Part shown: one piece after another, positions 13,424-26,997 of the stretch
How positions within the stretch are numbered: position 1 is the first letter of the stretch
Layout: each line of letters begins with the position of its first letter
Origin: Paramecium tetraurelia
Taxonomy: Eukaryota
DNA: 64,000 bases
NCBI GenBank assembly: GCA_000165425.1
Contig: CT868023.1
Coordinates: 124,001-188,000 of the forward strand
Direction: 5' to 3'
Translations under genes and position numbers: made by a program
Notes under the pieces: model-generated
What the model was told of the DNA's origin: nothing
Database searches by the model: none
Seen by the model: the letters and a program-made list of their open reading frames with translations, nothing else

Positions 13424-15508
13424 GCAGCATTGGCTCACGAACGCGAATCCTGTCCAGTGGGCAATTCTATTAAGCGGCCTATCTAATAACTCAGTCACAC
13501 CACTCTAGAGGAATACCAATACAAGTTTATAATAATATCATATATGTGTCTTAACCATTTAAAGTCTAAAATAATTATGTTTAGTAATTAACTAAACTAA
13601 ATGATAATTCATAACAAAATTTACCCCATTCTTAGGCATCTGTGAATTAGAACACAATTTTCATGAATTCTCAATAGTAATAACATGAAAATAAAAGATG
13701 TTAAGATTATTAGAAATAAAAATAGAAATAGAAATAGGAATAATAAAGTTAGGGATAAAATAGTCAATAAAATGAATTTTAAAATATATAAAAACCATAA
13801 GGTTCACCAACCTAGTAATATCCATAATAATAAAATTAAACACAATAATAATAAAAGCATGTAAAAACAGAAGAATAATAATTATAAAATAATGAATAGC
13901 AAGATTAAGCAACTTAAAAAACATAAGAATAATAATAGCAGCCCTAATAAAAATAATAATATTAAAATGTATAAGAAAAGAAAGGTTAATCAACTAAAAA
14001 TTATTACTTAGTAAAAGAAAATGGAAAAGTTGAATGTTAATATTAATAATAAAATTAAAAATAAGGATAGCAAAATAAAAATACTTAATAATAACCATAT
14101 TAAAAATAAGAATAGTAAAATATATCAACTGAATAATAATAATAATAGCAACACTAATAACAATAAAATTAAAATTATGATTAAAATCTATCATAACATG
14201 AATAAAATTTATTCAAAGTTTAATCAACTTCGTAATTGCCATAAAACAAACTCACAAACTAAAAATAATAATAGCAGCAATAATAATAGCAATAGCAACA
14301 GGAATAATAATAAAAATAGCAAACTAAATCAACTGAATAATAATAATAACAACATGAATAACAATAATAATAATAAGGATAAGTAGAATAATAATAATAA
14401 AAAATATAAGAATAGTAAGGTTAATCAACTTAATAATAGCAATAAAAAGAACAATAATAATAGCAATAGTAATAAGAATAGTAATTATATGAAGAAAAAA
14501 AAGGAAAAGTAGAATAATTATAAGAAACAAAATAAAAATAGCAAGATTTATCAACTTAATAATAACCATAATTAAAATTACATTCAGAATCTAATGAGTA
14601 AGATCAAGAAGAATAAATATATTGGAATAAAAGCTAAGAAGATCTTTAAAAACAGAATAAAATTTAAGACCTTCTGGAAAGAAATCAACATCGATAATAA
14701 ATAACTTACTAAATTTTATTGGAAATATATAAAAATTCTTCTAATTTGAGGGCAGTTTAAGAATAATATTAAAGATATATCTAAGATTCTCATGATAAAA
14801 ATGATTTAATTAAAGAGTATAGTATCAAAAAGTTAGCAGATAAAAAATAGTTGTATACAATTTGTCAAGGTTATATTTAAGTTAGAGGAGATGGTAACTG
14901 CTTTTATACTGCTTTTGGATATTAATTCTTAAACCATCTATTAATTACATATTAAGATGAATAATTCAATTAATTTATTCAAAACATAAAACATATTAAT
15001 TTGAGATGTAAAATGCAAGTTAGAGGTTTAAAAATAGATGATTTGGAATTAGAAAAATAATTTTTGGATGAATTCATATATTAAATCTAATAATTGAGAA
15101 TCATTAAAGACATTGAAGAAAGAAAACAAAAGTTATTAAGCTCTTTTTCACAATATGAACTTTAACCAGATGGAGATGCCTTTTTATATACATTATCAAC
15201 TATATTCTTTAGAAATCTTAGTTATTATCTTGTTGAATAAGATGATGAAGCAAAAATGTTAATTGGTGATGAGTAAAACAATTTATTGATTTGGGAAACG
15301 GAATGTAATAGTAACGAAATTGTTATTAAGCTATTAGCTATCTATTTAAAATTGTAATTTTATTTAATTTAACATTAGAAATATTACACTGATATTTTTT
15401 TAGAATGAAGAGTTCAAAGTATAATAATATGAAGAAATTAATGAAAATAAAATAATGTTACTAATAAGACCTGGACACTATAACATTGGTATTAGAGCTA
15501 ATGCCTGA
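13424..15508 (+). CDS. Otubain-like deubiquitinase 3 with a poly-Gln N-terminus (5' end at or within the gap)
   Basis: One TGA-free frame runs from the gap to VRGDGNCFYTAFGYQ (14881) and LLIWETECNSNEIVI. After an intron at ~15354-15378 it reads RPGHYNIGIRANA* (TGA 15506-15508). It appears intact. Confidence 0.85.
13981..14580 (+). repeat. Degenerate ~100-nt coding repeats (TCAACT core followed by TAA/TAG/CAA runs = xST plus poly-Q)
   Basis: TCAACT cores occur near 13990, 14125, 14224, 14329, 14425 and 14551, most followed by Gln codon runs. Confidence 0.6.
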
Positions 15509-15595
15509 TTTGCAGATTTTGACGAACAAAATTAAAAAAAAAATTTTCATTAAATAATAAATTTGAATTTAATTATTATAATAATTCTATAATTT

Positions 15596-18500
15596 TCATG
15601 GAATTGTATAATGATTTTGGCCAAGAGAAATATTTTAGCCATCAAGAGTAATTTCAACTGTTGGTTGTAGATTTTCTAGTTCTGATAGCACTCTCATAAG
15701 TGTATCTATCTATTGTTCATTGAATTATTCCTAATCATAAAATAAATGTATACTTATAGTTTTTGTTTATTAAATAAAGGTGAATAAGTAGTAATAATAA
15801 GAGTCACCATTTAATCCTCAATTTCTGTTTTTTCAGAAGCAATTTCTAAGTTTAGAAAAGATCGTTATTATAATGGATATAAAGGTTTTTTAATTTAATT
15901 TTAAATCCATTCTTTTTGATTTTCTAAAGCCTTAAATAATTGAGAATCTTTATCAAAAGAATAAAAAATAATAACTTAATCTTCTTATTTTAATTGAGCC
16001 TTCTTTCTAAGTTTTTGAATTCTATTAGTAAATTCCCTTGCTAATCCTAAATTCTTAAGTTATTGAGTTTAAAAGGGATCGATGATTAATGAGTATCCAT
16101 CTTCTTTTGTAAACAATAGATTTTGATGTTTTTATGAGATAAATTGCTCTGTAATTTTGACATGTTTCAGTAATAATTCACATTCTGTCTCATATGCTAA
16201 ATTTCCTTCTTACTAAATCAGTTATTTTTCAGATGCCTACTTTTTAGCATTTACAAGTACTTTTAATAAGATCTTACCTTCTGTTATAAGTTAAGTAATT
16301 TAATCTTACGAAAAATTTTTAATTTATTAAATAAGATTTGGACCAAATTTTTCCCTTAGTTCTTTCCCACAAAGCTTAACCTCAGGCTCAGCTTTTTATT
16401 GGATGTATTGGGCAAAGTCTTTTTCAACAAAAATTTGTGGGGTATTAATTTCTTCTTCAATATACATAGAAAGTAATTGGATGCTTTGAAGTAGTTTTTC
16501 ATCAGTTGATAAAATAGTTAAACTGTTAACAGGTTATTTCAGACTAATTTTATGAGTTTCTCTTAATTTTCTTGCATTTTCAATAACCATTTACATCATC
16601 TTAACCTTTTATGCAATTTAAGGATCAATTAATTCTCTCCTAACTTCAGGAATTTACAGGAAATGAATAGAATCCATTTAATTTTTCCCTTCTGGGATGC
16701 ATTTTCTCATATTTTGATAGAAAGTCTCTGTAATGAAAGGCACATATGGAGACATAAGAAGATTAATTTTATGTAAAACATCAAATAAGACATTTAAGCT
16801 AAGGTGCCATTCATGATTACCTTGATCTCCTTTAATTCTATTCCTATTCAATCTAACATACCAATTAGTTAATGAATTAAGATATTCAATAAGCCTTGGT
16901 ACAATAGTGTATAATCTATATGATTCCATCTCAGTTCTGACAAACTCTAATAGTTCTTGACTACATGAGACGATCCATTTATCCATTGTATTTTGGACTT
17001 TATTAATAACTGAGTCGTCAAATTTGAATATACCAAAGTGGGTTTCATACCTCTGCAAATTTTAGATAAGCAATCTGTAAACATTATACCATGGTAGGAA
17101 TACTTTTTTAATAACATTTTAAACACCTTCTTTATTAAAGTTAAGAGTTTAGGCTTTCACTAATCCACTATTGATTAAATAAAGCCTCATGGCATCTGCT
17201 CCGAATACATTAATAATTTCATCCTCTGGATTTTGATAGTTTTTCTTAGACTAAGCCATTTTTATCGTTTTTTCATTTAAGACAATTCCATTGACAATGA
17301 CATTTTTATAAGGAGTATCATTGCGTAAAGCCGTAGAGATAACATTCAACGTATAGAACCAACCTCTGGTTTGATCTAACCCTTCAGCAATGAAATCAGC
17401 AGGAAAGATGCTTTCAAATAAATCTTTTCCCTCAAAAGGATAATGTTATTGAGCAAATGGCATAGACCCACTTTCAAACCAGCAGTCAAAAACTTCATCA
17501 ATTCTTTTTAAAACTCCTTTTCCATATTTACTTGGGATAGTTATCTAATCTATGAATTCTCGATGAAGATCTGAAATATCTGTGACACCTGACAATTATT
17601 TCAACTCTTCAATTGATCCAACACAGACAAGTTCTTCTAAATCCTCACTTGCCCAGATGGGGATGGGATTACCCCAAAATCTATTTCTACTAAAACACCA
17701 ATCTTGAGCCTATTCTATCTAATCATTGAATCTTCCTTCTTTGATTGCATTAGGTACCCATCTAGCTTTTTTATTATTATCAATCAACTCATCTTTAATG
17801 GCTGTGACATTAATAAACCAACAACTGATTGCTTTATAAATTAATGGGGTTTATGATCTCCAACAAAAAGGATAACTATGGTAAACTTGTCCATCCTTAA
17901 TTAGTCTCTATTTTAGTTTCAGAGTCCTTCTAATTTCCTTATCTGCACTTTTGATATCCATTCCTGAAAAATCTGTTACACATTCCAAAAACCTGCCATC
18001 AGAATCAATAGGTACTAATGGATCTTTGTGAGTAATGATTCCAGCTATCAAACTCAACTTATAATCCTCTTCTCCAAATCCAGGTGCAATATGTACTACT
18101 CCTGTTCCATCCTGATCGGTTACATAGTTTGCTAATAATACTTTAAAACATCCCTGCTACCTTCTATCCAAAAAGTAATTAAACAGAGGCACATACTCCA
18201 TCCCCTCCAATTAACTACCCAATACTTTATTTACAATTTCATATTGAGTAGCCTTTGAATAGAGCTCTACAATTCTAGATTCTGCTAGGATATAATGAGT
18301 ATTTGTAGCTTTATCTAACACTTTTATGTAAACAAGTTTTGGATTAACCGCCAAAGCTAAGTTGGACGGTAGAGTCCACGGAGTTGTTGTCCAAGCAACT
18401 AAACTTGTATTTACTTCATTTACTAAGGGAAATTTAATCACAATTGCTGGATCCCAAACTTCTTTATAATTTTATTAAGTTTCAAAATCGCTTAGAACTG

Positions 18501-19155
18501 TTGAACATCCATTAGAATATGGCATAACCTTGCATCCTCGATATACTAACCCTTTTTCCCATAATTATTTAAACACCCACCACACACTCTCCATATATGA
18601 AGTGTCCATAGTTTTATATTCATTATCAAAATCAACCCATCTGCCTGATCTCTCTACAATTCTCCTCCATTCTGAGGCATACTTGTATACAATTGATCTG
18701 CACTGATGGTTATACTTATCAATTCCCATCTAAGTTTTACATTTGCTCAATTATTTACATTCAAGATATCTTCTCTTTTTTGAATATTAAGAGCCTTGTC
18801 TATTTCGTGCTCCACTGGCAAACCATGACAATCCCATCCAAACCTTCTCTCAACATATTTACCGTTCATCGCAAAATATCTACACACAACATCCTAATTA
18901 CAAATGATACATTTCAGTACTTTGATTGTACCTGCACACATATGACCATAATGCGGTAATCCAATTGCAAATGGTGGTCCATCGTAAATTGTAAACCGAG
19001 GGCAGTCTTTAGTCAAATCTTATTATTTCTGAAAGGCATTAATTTCATTCCAATACTTCAATATTTTAAGTTCCTCTTCAGGGAAATAAACTCTTTCCTC
19101 AACTTTAGTTTTATTAAACATCTTTACCATTCATAAAGCTAGATTTTTATTCCAT
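15596..19155 (-). CDS. IARS1: Cytosolic-type isoleucyl-tRNA synthetase with a non-canonical KMSKS
   Basis: [90 protein letters not shown] and [12 protein letters not shown]. The KMSKS position reads KMAQS. Confidence 0.95.
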
Positions 19156-19739
19156 ATTTTAAATAAAGATTATTTTGAAGACTTTTTCTATATCGATATT
19201 GAAAATAATGTAATGAAAGAATTTTCTTCTAATTTTTTATATTTAATAATTCGTCATAATCATCATATTACATCAAAATAAAAGATGTCTAAATCTATCA
19301 AAAGGAGCACCAATATAACATTATAAGTTTTTAACATCCAACGTAACTATATTGAAAAATCATTTATTTTATACTTTTATTCTAATTACTCCATATTTTT
19401 TGGATCAATAATAAATATCATAATTACCATTATTTTAATAAGGGTAAATTGAGCAATTAGAAAAGCTGACTTCCTCCCAAGAGCTTAATAGCAATATAAT
19501 TAAATGATCAAATTAAAAAATAGGAATCATGTATTAAAATTATAAATTTTATAAATTGTAATATATTTGTTCAATTATTTATAATTTAATTAAAGAGTTA
19601 GAATAGTAAATATTGAATAGATTATAAAATGCGCTTAAGCCATTGTATCTATTTAATGAGGTTATTTAACAAATAGTATAATTAGAGAACAAATTGATCA
19701 AAATAATTAATATCTTGAAAAAATCTCAAAGAATTTATA

Positions 19740-21060
19740 ATGAACAAATTCGTTATTAAGAAAAAAGAAGATATGAATTTAAAGGTGTTTCAATAAATAA
19801 ATGATCATGTTCCTAATTAGTAAAAGAATGATTTGTATATTTTTAAGTTATTCAAAAGGTTGTTTTAAATTGACCCTTAGGCTTGTTAAAGAGGCAATAA
19901 CAATCAGAAAAGTGAAAAGTAGCATATAATTTAATTTTTTTCAAAGGGACTTTCAGATTATTGAATAATGTCTAGGTTCTGGTGCTTACGGCTCTGTTCA
20001 ACTAGTGAGAGATGTTAACAGCCGAATTTATTACGCTCGAAAGACGGTAACACTTGATGATATATGACAGATTAGTAAATCAAAATTAAAAGCCCAGGAA
20101 TCAATAGACAACTTGAAAAGAGAAATATTAATATAAAAGAAACTAAGTCATCCAAACATTCTTAAATTATGCTTCTGTTATGAAGACTCGTCTAAGTACT
20201 GTTATGTAACTATAAACAATTAGTGTATTTTTAATCTTAGAGTACGCAGAACTGGGTTCACTTTTTTCATTGATTAAACGAAAATAACGACTATAGGAGA
20301 AAGAAGCATATGTATTCTTTTCTCAAATATTATCCGGCTTAGAATATATGCATAAGATGTAGATTGTACACAGAGATTTAAAAGTATAATTAGGATATAA
20401 AGATAGCCTGAAAACTTACTAATAACCAAATCAGGAGACTTAAAAATAGGAGATTTTGGTTGGGCTACCTAAATGCCGAATTATCATAAAGCCTTTTGTG
20501 GTACAACAGAATATATGTCACCTGAGATGATATAATCTTAGACAACTGATTATAAAACAGATATATGGAGTCTAGGGGTGCTGTTGTATGAAATGGTCTA
20601 AGGGAAACCACCTTTTTAAGGCATGACATTTATGGAAAAGAGTTAAAAAATATTATCTAGAAGACAAGTGGAATTTGAGTTCGATGTTTCTGATGAATGC
20701 AAGTCTTTAATCAACAGTCTACTCTAACATACTATTCATTGTAGACCTTCAATTGATAAAATCTAAAATCATTAATGGATGCTGTCCTAAGGATAAGATA
20801 GAAAAGGATCAATACGAAGTTCTTCAATGATTTCCATAAAATCAACTCATTACACATCTGAAGTACTTGAAAGCCAATCCAAAATTAACAATCTTTAATT
20901 TGGTTAAAAATCATCAATTCAAGAATGGGAAGCAATGAAATTTAGAAGCTTATAATTTTAGTTTCAACGCCAGTAAGACCAATAGCCCCAGTAAAATAAT
21001 TACTAAAACAAAGGATTTTTAACCAAAGCTTTAATTGCTTTAGGATGTATCAATCGCTGA
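19740..21060 (+). CDS. Aurora-like Ser/Thr kinase
   Basis: LGSGAYGSV, LKREILIQKKLSHPNILKL, LILEYAELGSL, HRDLKPENLL, GDFGWA, FCGTTEYMSPE and DIWSLG; several short introns. The start is approximate. Confidence 0.88.
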
Positions 21061-21089
21061 TTATATTGATTTCAATTTTAATTTTTATC

Positions 21090-24000
21090 CTTTTGTTATC
21101 TTTTCTCTTAGGATTTCATTTTATTTGGTCAAAACTATTTGCTGGTTACAATCTATAAAGCAATTTGGTGTTAGAAACATAAATTCTAAAATTACATTTA
21201 TTATACCAATGTATATCAATTTCTAATTTATTCAATGGCATTAAATTATACTTTAGATATAAAATCTATCTTTGATATGAATATTGTAAGTTTAAAATAT
21301 CTTTAATTTATTCCGAAATTTTAATACTTTTATACTCGATTCCTTTTAGGCTTGAAATACTTAAATCTTTGTCTACTAAAGCATTCACTCTCATAGATAT
21401 TTCTCTTCCATCTCTTTTATTCTTATTTACATAACACCAGTTTTAATGAAGTTGTAAACTCAATAAGGTAGATAAATAAGTCAGATAGTTAATTAATATA
21501 TTTTTCTAAAAATGTATAAAATGAATATAAAAATCAGATAATTATCTATGCTATTTATTCCTTATTAACATTAATCATATATTATAAGAAGTATTCTTAA
21601 CTCTGAGTCATCTCAAACAATTCACTGCATTATTCTAAATCCAAATTACAAACTACACAAATCTAGGCTAAAATTATTGAAAGTTCCTTTTGAGTTAAAA
21701 ATGGTTTCACATTATTGAGCAATTCTTGTCTTTATTCCTTATTTTAAAAATAGAAAAACACTATATTCTTCTCAATATTTGGATCCAAACTCAATTCAAA
21801 TACTTAAATCAATTCATTTCAGATGTCCATTGAGTATCAGTTATTCTACTACTTTATTGAGTTATGCATAAGGAATGTAATTAAGACAAACAAAATTTTA
21901 AATTTCTTTGTATTTCTTAAATTTTATTATCTGCTCTAAATTAACAATCTTAATATTTTCAGGAGATTTTTAATCGATTTCAGATTTATCATTTATAATG
22001 CTTGGATTCTTAAACTACTCATAATTCTAATTGCTAAGTTTACAAACTAATTATTGACAGTAAGGATATTAGTCTTGTTTACTTGATAATTGCATTTAAC
22101 TCAACAATAATTTTATATAATCTAATTAAATCTTAACTGCTCGAGATACTTTCCTACTTTTTAAGGTGAATAGCAACATCTCCAAATTTACAATATACTC
22201 AAATAATAGTGTTAAAGCCTTGTCATAAGATATGAATCAATACTTTGTCTTTGGATTCCTGTCTCATTAGAAAACTAAAGTACTGAAGAACTTTTTCAGC
22301 ATTCATCAAATTACGACATTTCTCACGTGAATATTGAAGTAACAATTCTGCAATTTGATCAGTCGTTCTTGCAGCTAACATATGTAAAAATAACTTACTT
22401 AATTGACATTTATATAAATGATAACTATCAATCATCTCAACCAATTGATTAGTTATTTTTTTTGTTTCGTTCAAATTAAGAATTTAAAATAAAAGCTGAT
22501 GTTCTTCCTATTTAATAGCGTAACCTATCAAATTTTTCAATATAATTTCCTATTCATCTTGGTTTTAAAGACTATGTTATTATTACAGATAGAATGAAAT
22601 TCTCAATTTTAATTCTTAGTATTGATCTTCATTTTCATTGATAAATTCAAGGATATTATGTTGTTAATATCCAATGCATTAACTCACTTAGTAATACCTA
22701 ATTAGTTCCTTCGCATTATTTTTATTTATGAGTGACTTTTGTTAATTCTATTGGAAATTCTCACATAATAATTCTTCTGGAATAGCGAAGTCTCTGAATA
22801 CTTCGCCAGAGATTATATTAATAAATCTGTCTACAACATTCTGAATAGCAGTTAAATTTTGTAATGAAATATCCCTAGAAACAATTTGGAATTGTTTTTT
22901 TACTAGATTTTAAAAGGATATGTAAGACTTCTCCTAAAATAAAGTCAATAGAAGCATTGTGGCATAAAACAATTAGTGGTTATGTTTAAGATCAAATTAT
23001 ATGTTGGAAATGTTGACTATGACAGCTAGACCTAAATATATTTCCAAATACATATAGTAATAGTCTTTCAGTTGATTTATTACTAAGGATTTGAGCAACG
23101 ATAACTTAACTGATTGATCCTATATGGAATCTTATTAGGGGTAGAATTAATTAGAATAGAGATGCATTAAGAAATGATCTAAACGGCTGAGTTATTCTCT
23201 CAATTGGTTGTAGATCTTATGGAAATTCAATTCTAACATTTAGATGGTTGGCTTCAAATAATAATAAAGATCTTCCAGTTCCTCTAATAGTTGGTTCATA
23301 AAGTCTTCAATGCAAAAATTGTTATATTGTCGTTTCATCAATTGGATTACCTTCTTCTAGTCTAAACTGCGATGCATAAATTTCAACAGAGTCTAGAATT
23401 GATCAAACTTATTTTTTATATAGACTTCAATGGAGATCGATTGCAGGATCAGCTCCTCATCTTTTAATTTTTTTTAATTCTCAACATCCTTTTTAAACTT
23501 ATAAATCTCTTGCCTTAACTAATATTATATTCTACTAAACTGATTTTAAACTTAATTAATAAATGAAATATGATTTTTATAAAACAATAACAATTAATCA
23601 TCTTGGTTTATATAACCTAAAACAGGGTATTTATTTTAATTTACTAATTGAAAAGAAGGATTTTCATTATTTAATTAATAGATTTCACATCCTTAAATCA
23701 AAATTATTGAGTTTTAGATGCTGCTAATATTAAAGGTGATGTTTAATAAGAAATCTAATTAGGAGATTACACAATTTATTCTTAAAGAATTTCCAATAAG
23801 CGAATATATTTTCAACTGATTCTATTGAAGATAACATAAAGTAATTTAACCATTGGGTTTATGCTAAAACACCTCTATTTATTTGACTTTGATATTATCC
23901 TCAATTTATAAATGTCTACAAGTAATATCAGATCCTTTGATCTCAAGTAAATGGAACTATGTTTAAAAGGAGTAGTGGATTATTTGTTTTTCACTAATTT

Positions 24001-24626
24001 AAAAAGCAGTCCTCCAATCATTAGTTTAATTGCCAAAAAATTTACTCAAAAATTTGGTACCAAAACTCAGTTGATATTTGCTTTTCGCAATTTCACCTCT
24101 TCTTACATCAATAGTTATAAAATTTAAAAAGTCAGTATCGCTCAATACATAAAATTTGATCTAATCATTGTATATGAGTGGTTTAGCCAGACACATAAGT
24201 CTTTGATTGTCCACCATTAAATTGTTAATTATTCTAGATTCATATGATATTAAATTCTTATAAAAGATTTATCCTGTTTGTGTTACTACAAATAAATAAG
24301 GTGTATCCTGGTCTCTCATGATAACGCAACCATTCTGAGTAATTAAATGAGAAAAGTTAAAGTACTCGCTACTCAACTATATTGATTTGTTAAATAAATC
24401 CTTCATATCGTATTTATGAATTGATACAGTCTGACCATTCGTAACTTTTCTATTCATAAATAAAACACAAAACATACACAACATAAATGATCTCTTCTAT
24501 TAATTAAGTAATCGATTAATCTGTGCATTTAAAATGTTCTTCCACCTAGTTTCCCATTAATGTAATATTGGAATAAGATGCTATTTCTTTGGCTACGATT
24601 CCACTCAGCTAAATTTCCTCAAACAT
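21090..24626 (-). CDS. Large hypothetical protein (~1100 aa)
   Basis: ATG at 24626 (MFEEIQLSGIVAKEIASYS). Long TGA-free minus-strand reading includes ORF 22223-22474. The 3' end is approximate and no family was recognised. Confidence 0.6.
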
Positions 24627-24726
24627 AATTAAATATTAAAATTATATATTAGAGTTTTTAAGTGATTGTTAGAATTATTATTATCTCTTATAAAAATGAA
24701 AAAATTATTTACTAAATATCTAAATT

Positions 24727-26804
24727 TCATCTACATGAATCATTCTTGCTATCAATTTCACCACCATTGATAAAATTTTCTTCAACTTTAATAATCTCAT
24801 TGTTTTCTGAATCCAAATGTTATTATTGCGAAATTTCCCTATCCAATACATTCATCAATTCGGTTCCTAACAACATAATCAATCTTTAATTAAATCTTAT
24901 CTATTCTTGAGTTTAATTTTCAAAGTCCAAACCCATGATTTTCTAATATGAAGTAACTAAATCATTAAATTATCTAAGCAATCCTTGCTCTTCAACTGTT
25001 ATACCACCATTAACAATGAACCTTCAATTAAATTTACTAACTTACTTAGTAGATCTTCGTTTCTTTCCTTCTTAGAATAATGCTATTTTTGGTTTTCTAC
25101 TGAAATTAAATAAAGTAATTTATTCATCACTAAACAAAACCTTTTTTAGTTTTGTAAGTTCATGGAGTTGTTTGATAATATACTCAATATCCAACTCTTT
25201 ATTCACTTAATCACTAAGATAATATTTAATATTACATGGCTCTTTGAAGTACTTTACAATCATCATTTTTAATAGATTCTATAGGGAATATAGAACTCAA
25301 TATCACTCGAAATCCTAAACCAATTACATACTTATTTTTTAGAAATTCCCTAAAATCATCATAATATTCAAACGCCTTTGCTTAGAGAATACTTAACCTC
25401 CCTTATAGTCTTTAAATTTTCGGTTCTACAAATTCAACAGATAATTTTTTTTCATCCCTTTGTGAATCTTTTCTTGCAGGAGTTGTACGTTGTAACATTT
25501 CAGGTTTGTTTTAAAAAGTAGTCATAGTTTATATTTTTGGCAATGTTTATTGATTTCCCTCAGTCTTTTACTTTCCCATCTCCCTGCCTCTCTCTTTTTT
25601 TTCTAAAAGACTATTAAAATTCATTTATGTATTTGCTCTATTTAAACTCATGTCAAATTCATAGAGATCGTTAGCTATTGAAACGATCAAATGTTATCGA
25701 TTGTAAAATCGTACTAGAACTCCTATGACTACAATCATAAACTATGTGAAACCACCCAAGTAACTTAGCAATTCATCCAATCGTAAGAATTTCCTGTTGA
25801 TTTGATAGGAATAGGGACTTCTCTAAAAGTAGAAGGCGGCATAATAGTTTGGAGTGATTCTAGATATTTCAAATTGTTCTCTTTGATCGCCATAGTCTCT
25901 GAAGGCGAATGTTTCATTTTGTTTATCAGGATACATAAGAATTCCTTGATCAGTGGTCACCTTTTTAGTTCGAAAAAAAATATCTGATTAAACAAACATT
26001 TTATCTGGTACGAAGGTGTAAAATTAATCGGTTGCTAAAAATGGTTAAACATAATCTTTTGGTATATTGGGATTGATTAACTAATATTGAATATATATCA
26101 ATAATTACAAAGTTAGTTGTAAAAACCTGAAATCGAAAACTACCTTAAGAATTTAAGGTGTTCTTAATTTCATCTGCGGATTTACACGTGGGGTTCCAAG
26201 TTAGATTACTATTTGATGAATTTACACAATTGGTCACAGAGAACTTCAAGAAGTAATAATCTGTACTTGCCCAAACCCCTCCCACGGTCATATTCTGACT
26301 ATGTATAAAGTTTTGATTTGGACAGAGGAAATTTCCTAAATTTTACTTCTCAAACTGATCTGTAAAATTGACATTGTACTACTCGAAGAGATGTGAAAAG
26401 TGTTCCACTGTACATGGTACTAAGTCGATTAATATATTTGGGTATCGATATTGGGTACCATTGGGATATCGATGGTAATGACGCTATTCAACTGTGATAT
26501 TGAAGAAAGGATTTGTTGTGAAGTCATCCTGCTCAATCTAAACAGCAAACATAAAGTGGGACTTATCCAATATTAAGTTATCTGGGTTGTTTGCAAATCT
26601 GAACTCTTGTGTAGATGTTACGTTTAATTTGGCGAAAAAGTTAATGATATTGGAATAAAAGAAGCTGATGATGGTAGCTATCATACAAACAGATAGAAAT
26701 CCTCCTATGCTGGTTTTATATTACTCTTCCTATCTAAAAGAAAGGTTAATGGTTTATCCGAATATATCAATTAATTTCAGGCCCTCCTTACACTTCTAGA
26801 TCAT
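24727..26804 (-). CDS. Two-transmembrane protein with a large Cys-containing extracellular loop (ciliate DIFG...YKTSIGG type)
   Basis: LIDIFGQTINLSFRQEEQYKTSIGGFLSVCMIATIISFF (TM1), a ~290-aa loop with NxS/T sites and cysteines, RKFLRLDELLSYLGGFTQFMIVVIGVLVRFYN (TM2), then a long cytoplasmic tail. A 28-nt intron lies at 26081-26108. Confidence 0.8.
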
Positions 26805-26997
26805 TATTTATTAAAATTATTTGATATTGTTTAAAATGACTTATATTTATATAAGGGGATATTAATATAAGAGCGAGTTTTTCAAATAAAGTGTTGAAGA
26901 AGACAATATTTATTTTTATTTATTTTTGCTTTTTAACAAAATTATTAGTTGTATATTAATTATTATCATATTGGTAGCAATATTTAAATTAATTAAA

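Noticed and set aside
13661..14569. Hydrophobic Ile/Leu/Phe-rich minus-strand ORFs and the poly-Asn ORF 14021-14386
   Set aside because: These are antisense and off-frame shadows of the TAA-rich poly-Gln region of OTU-3. The same applies to ORFs 4858-5058 and 8302-8508.
9936..19155. A split GCN2-like system (eIF2-alpha-kinase-like gene plus altered synthetase as tRNA sensor)
   Set aside because: GCN2 uses a fused class II HisRS-like domain. These are separate genes on opposite strands with two genes and a gap between them, and only proximity links them.
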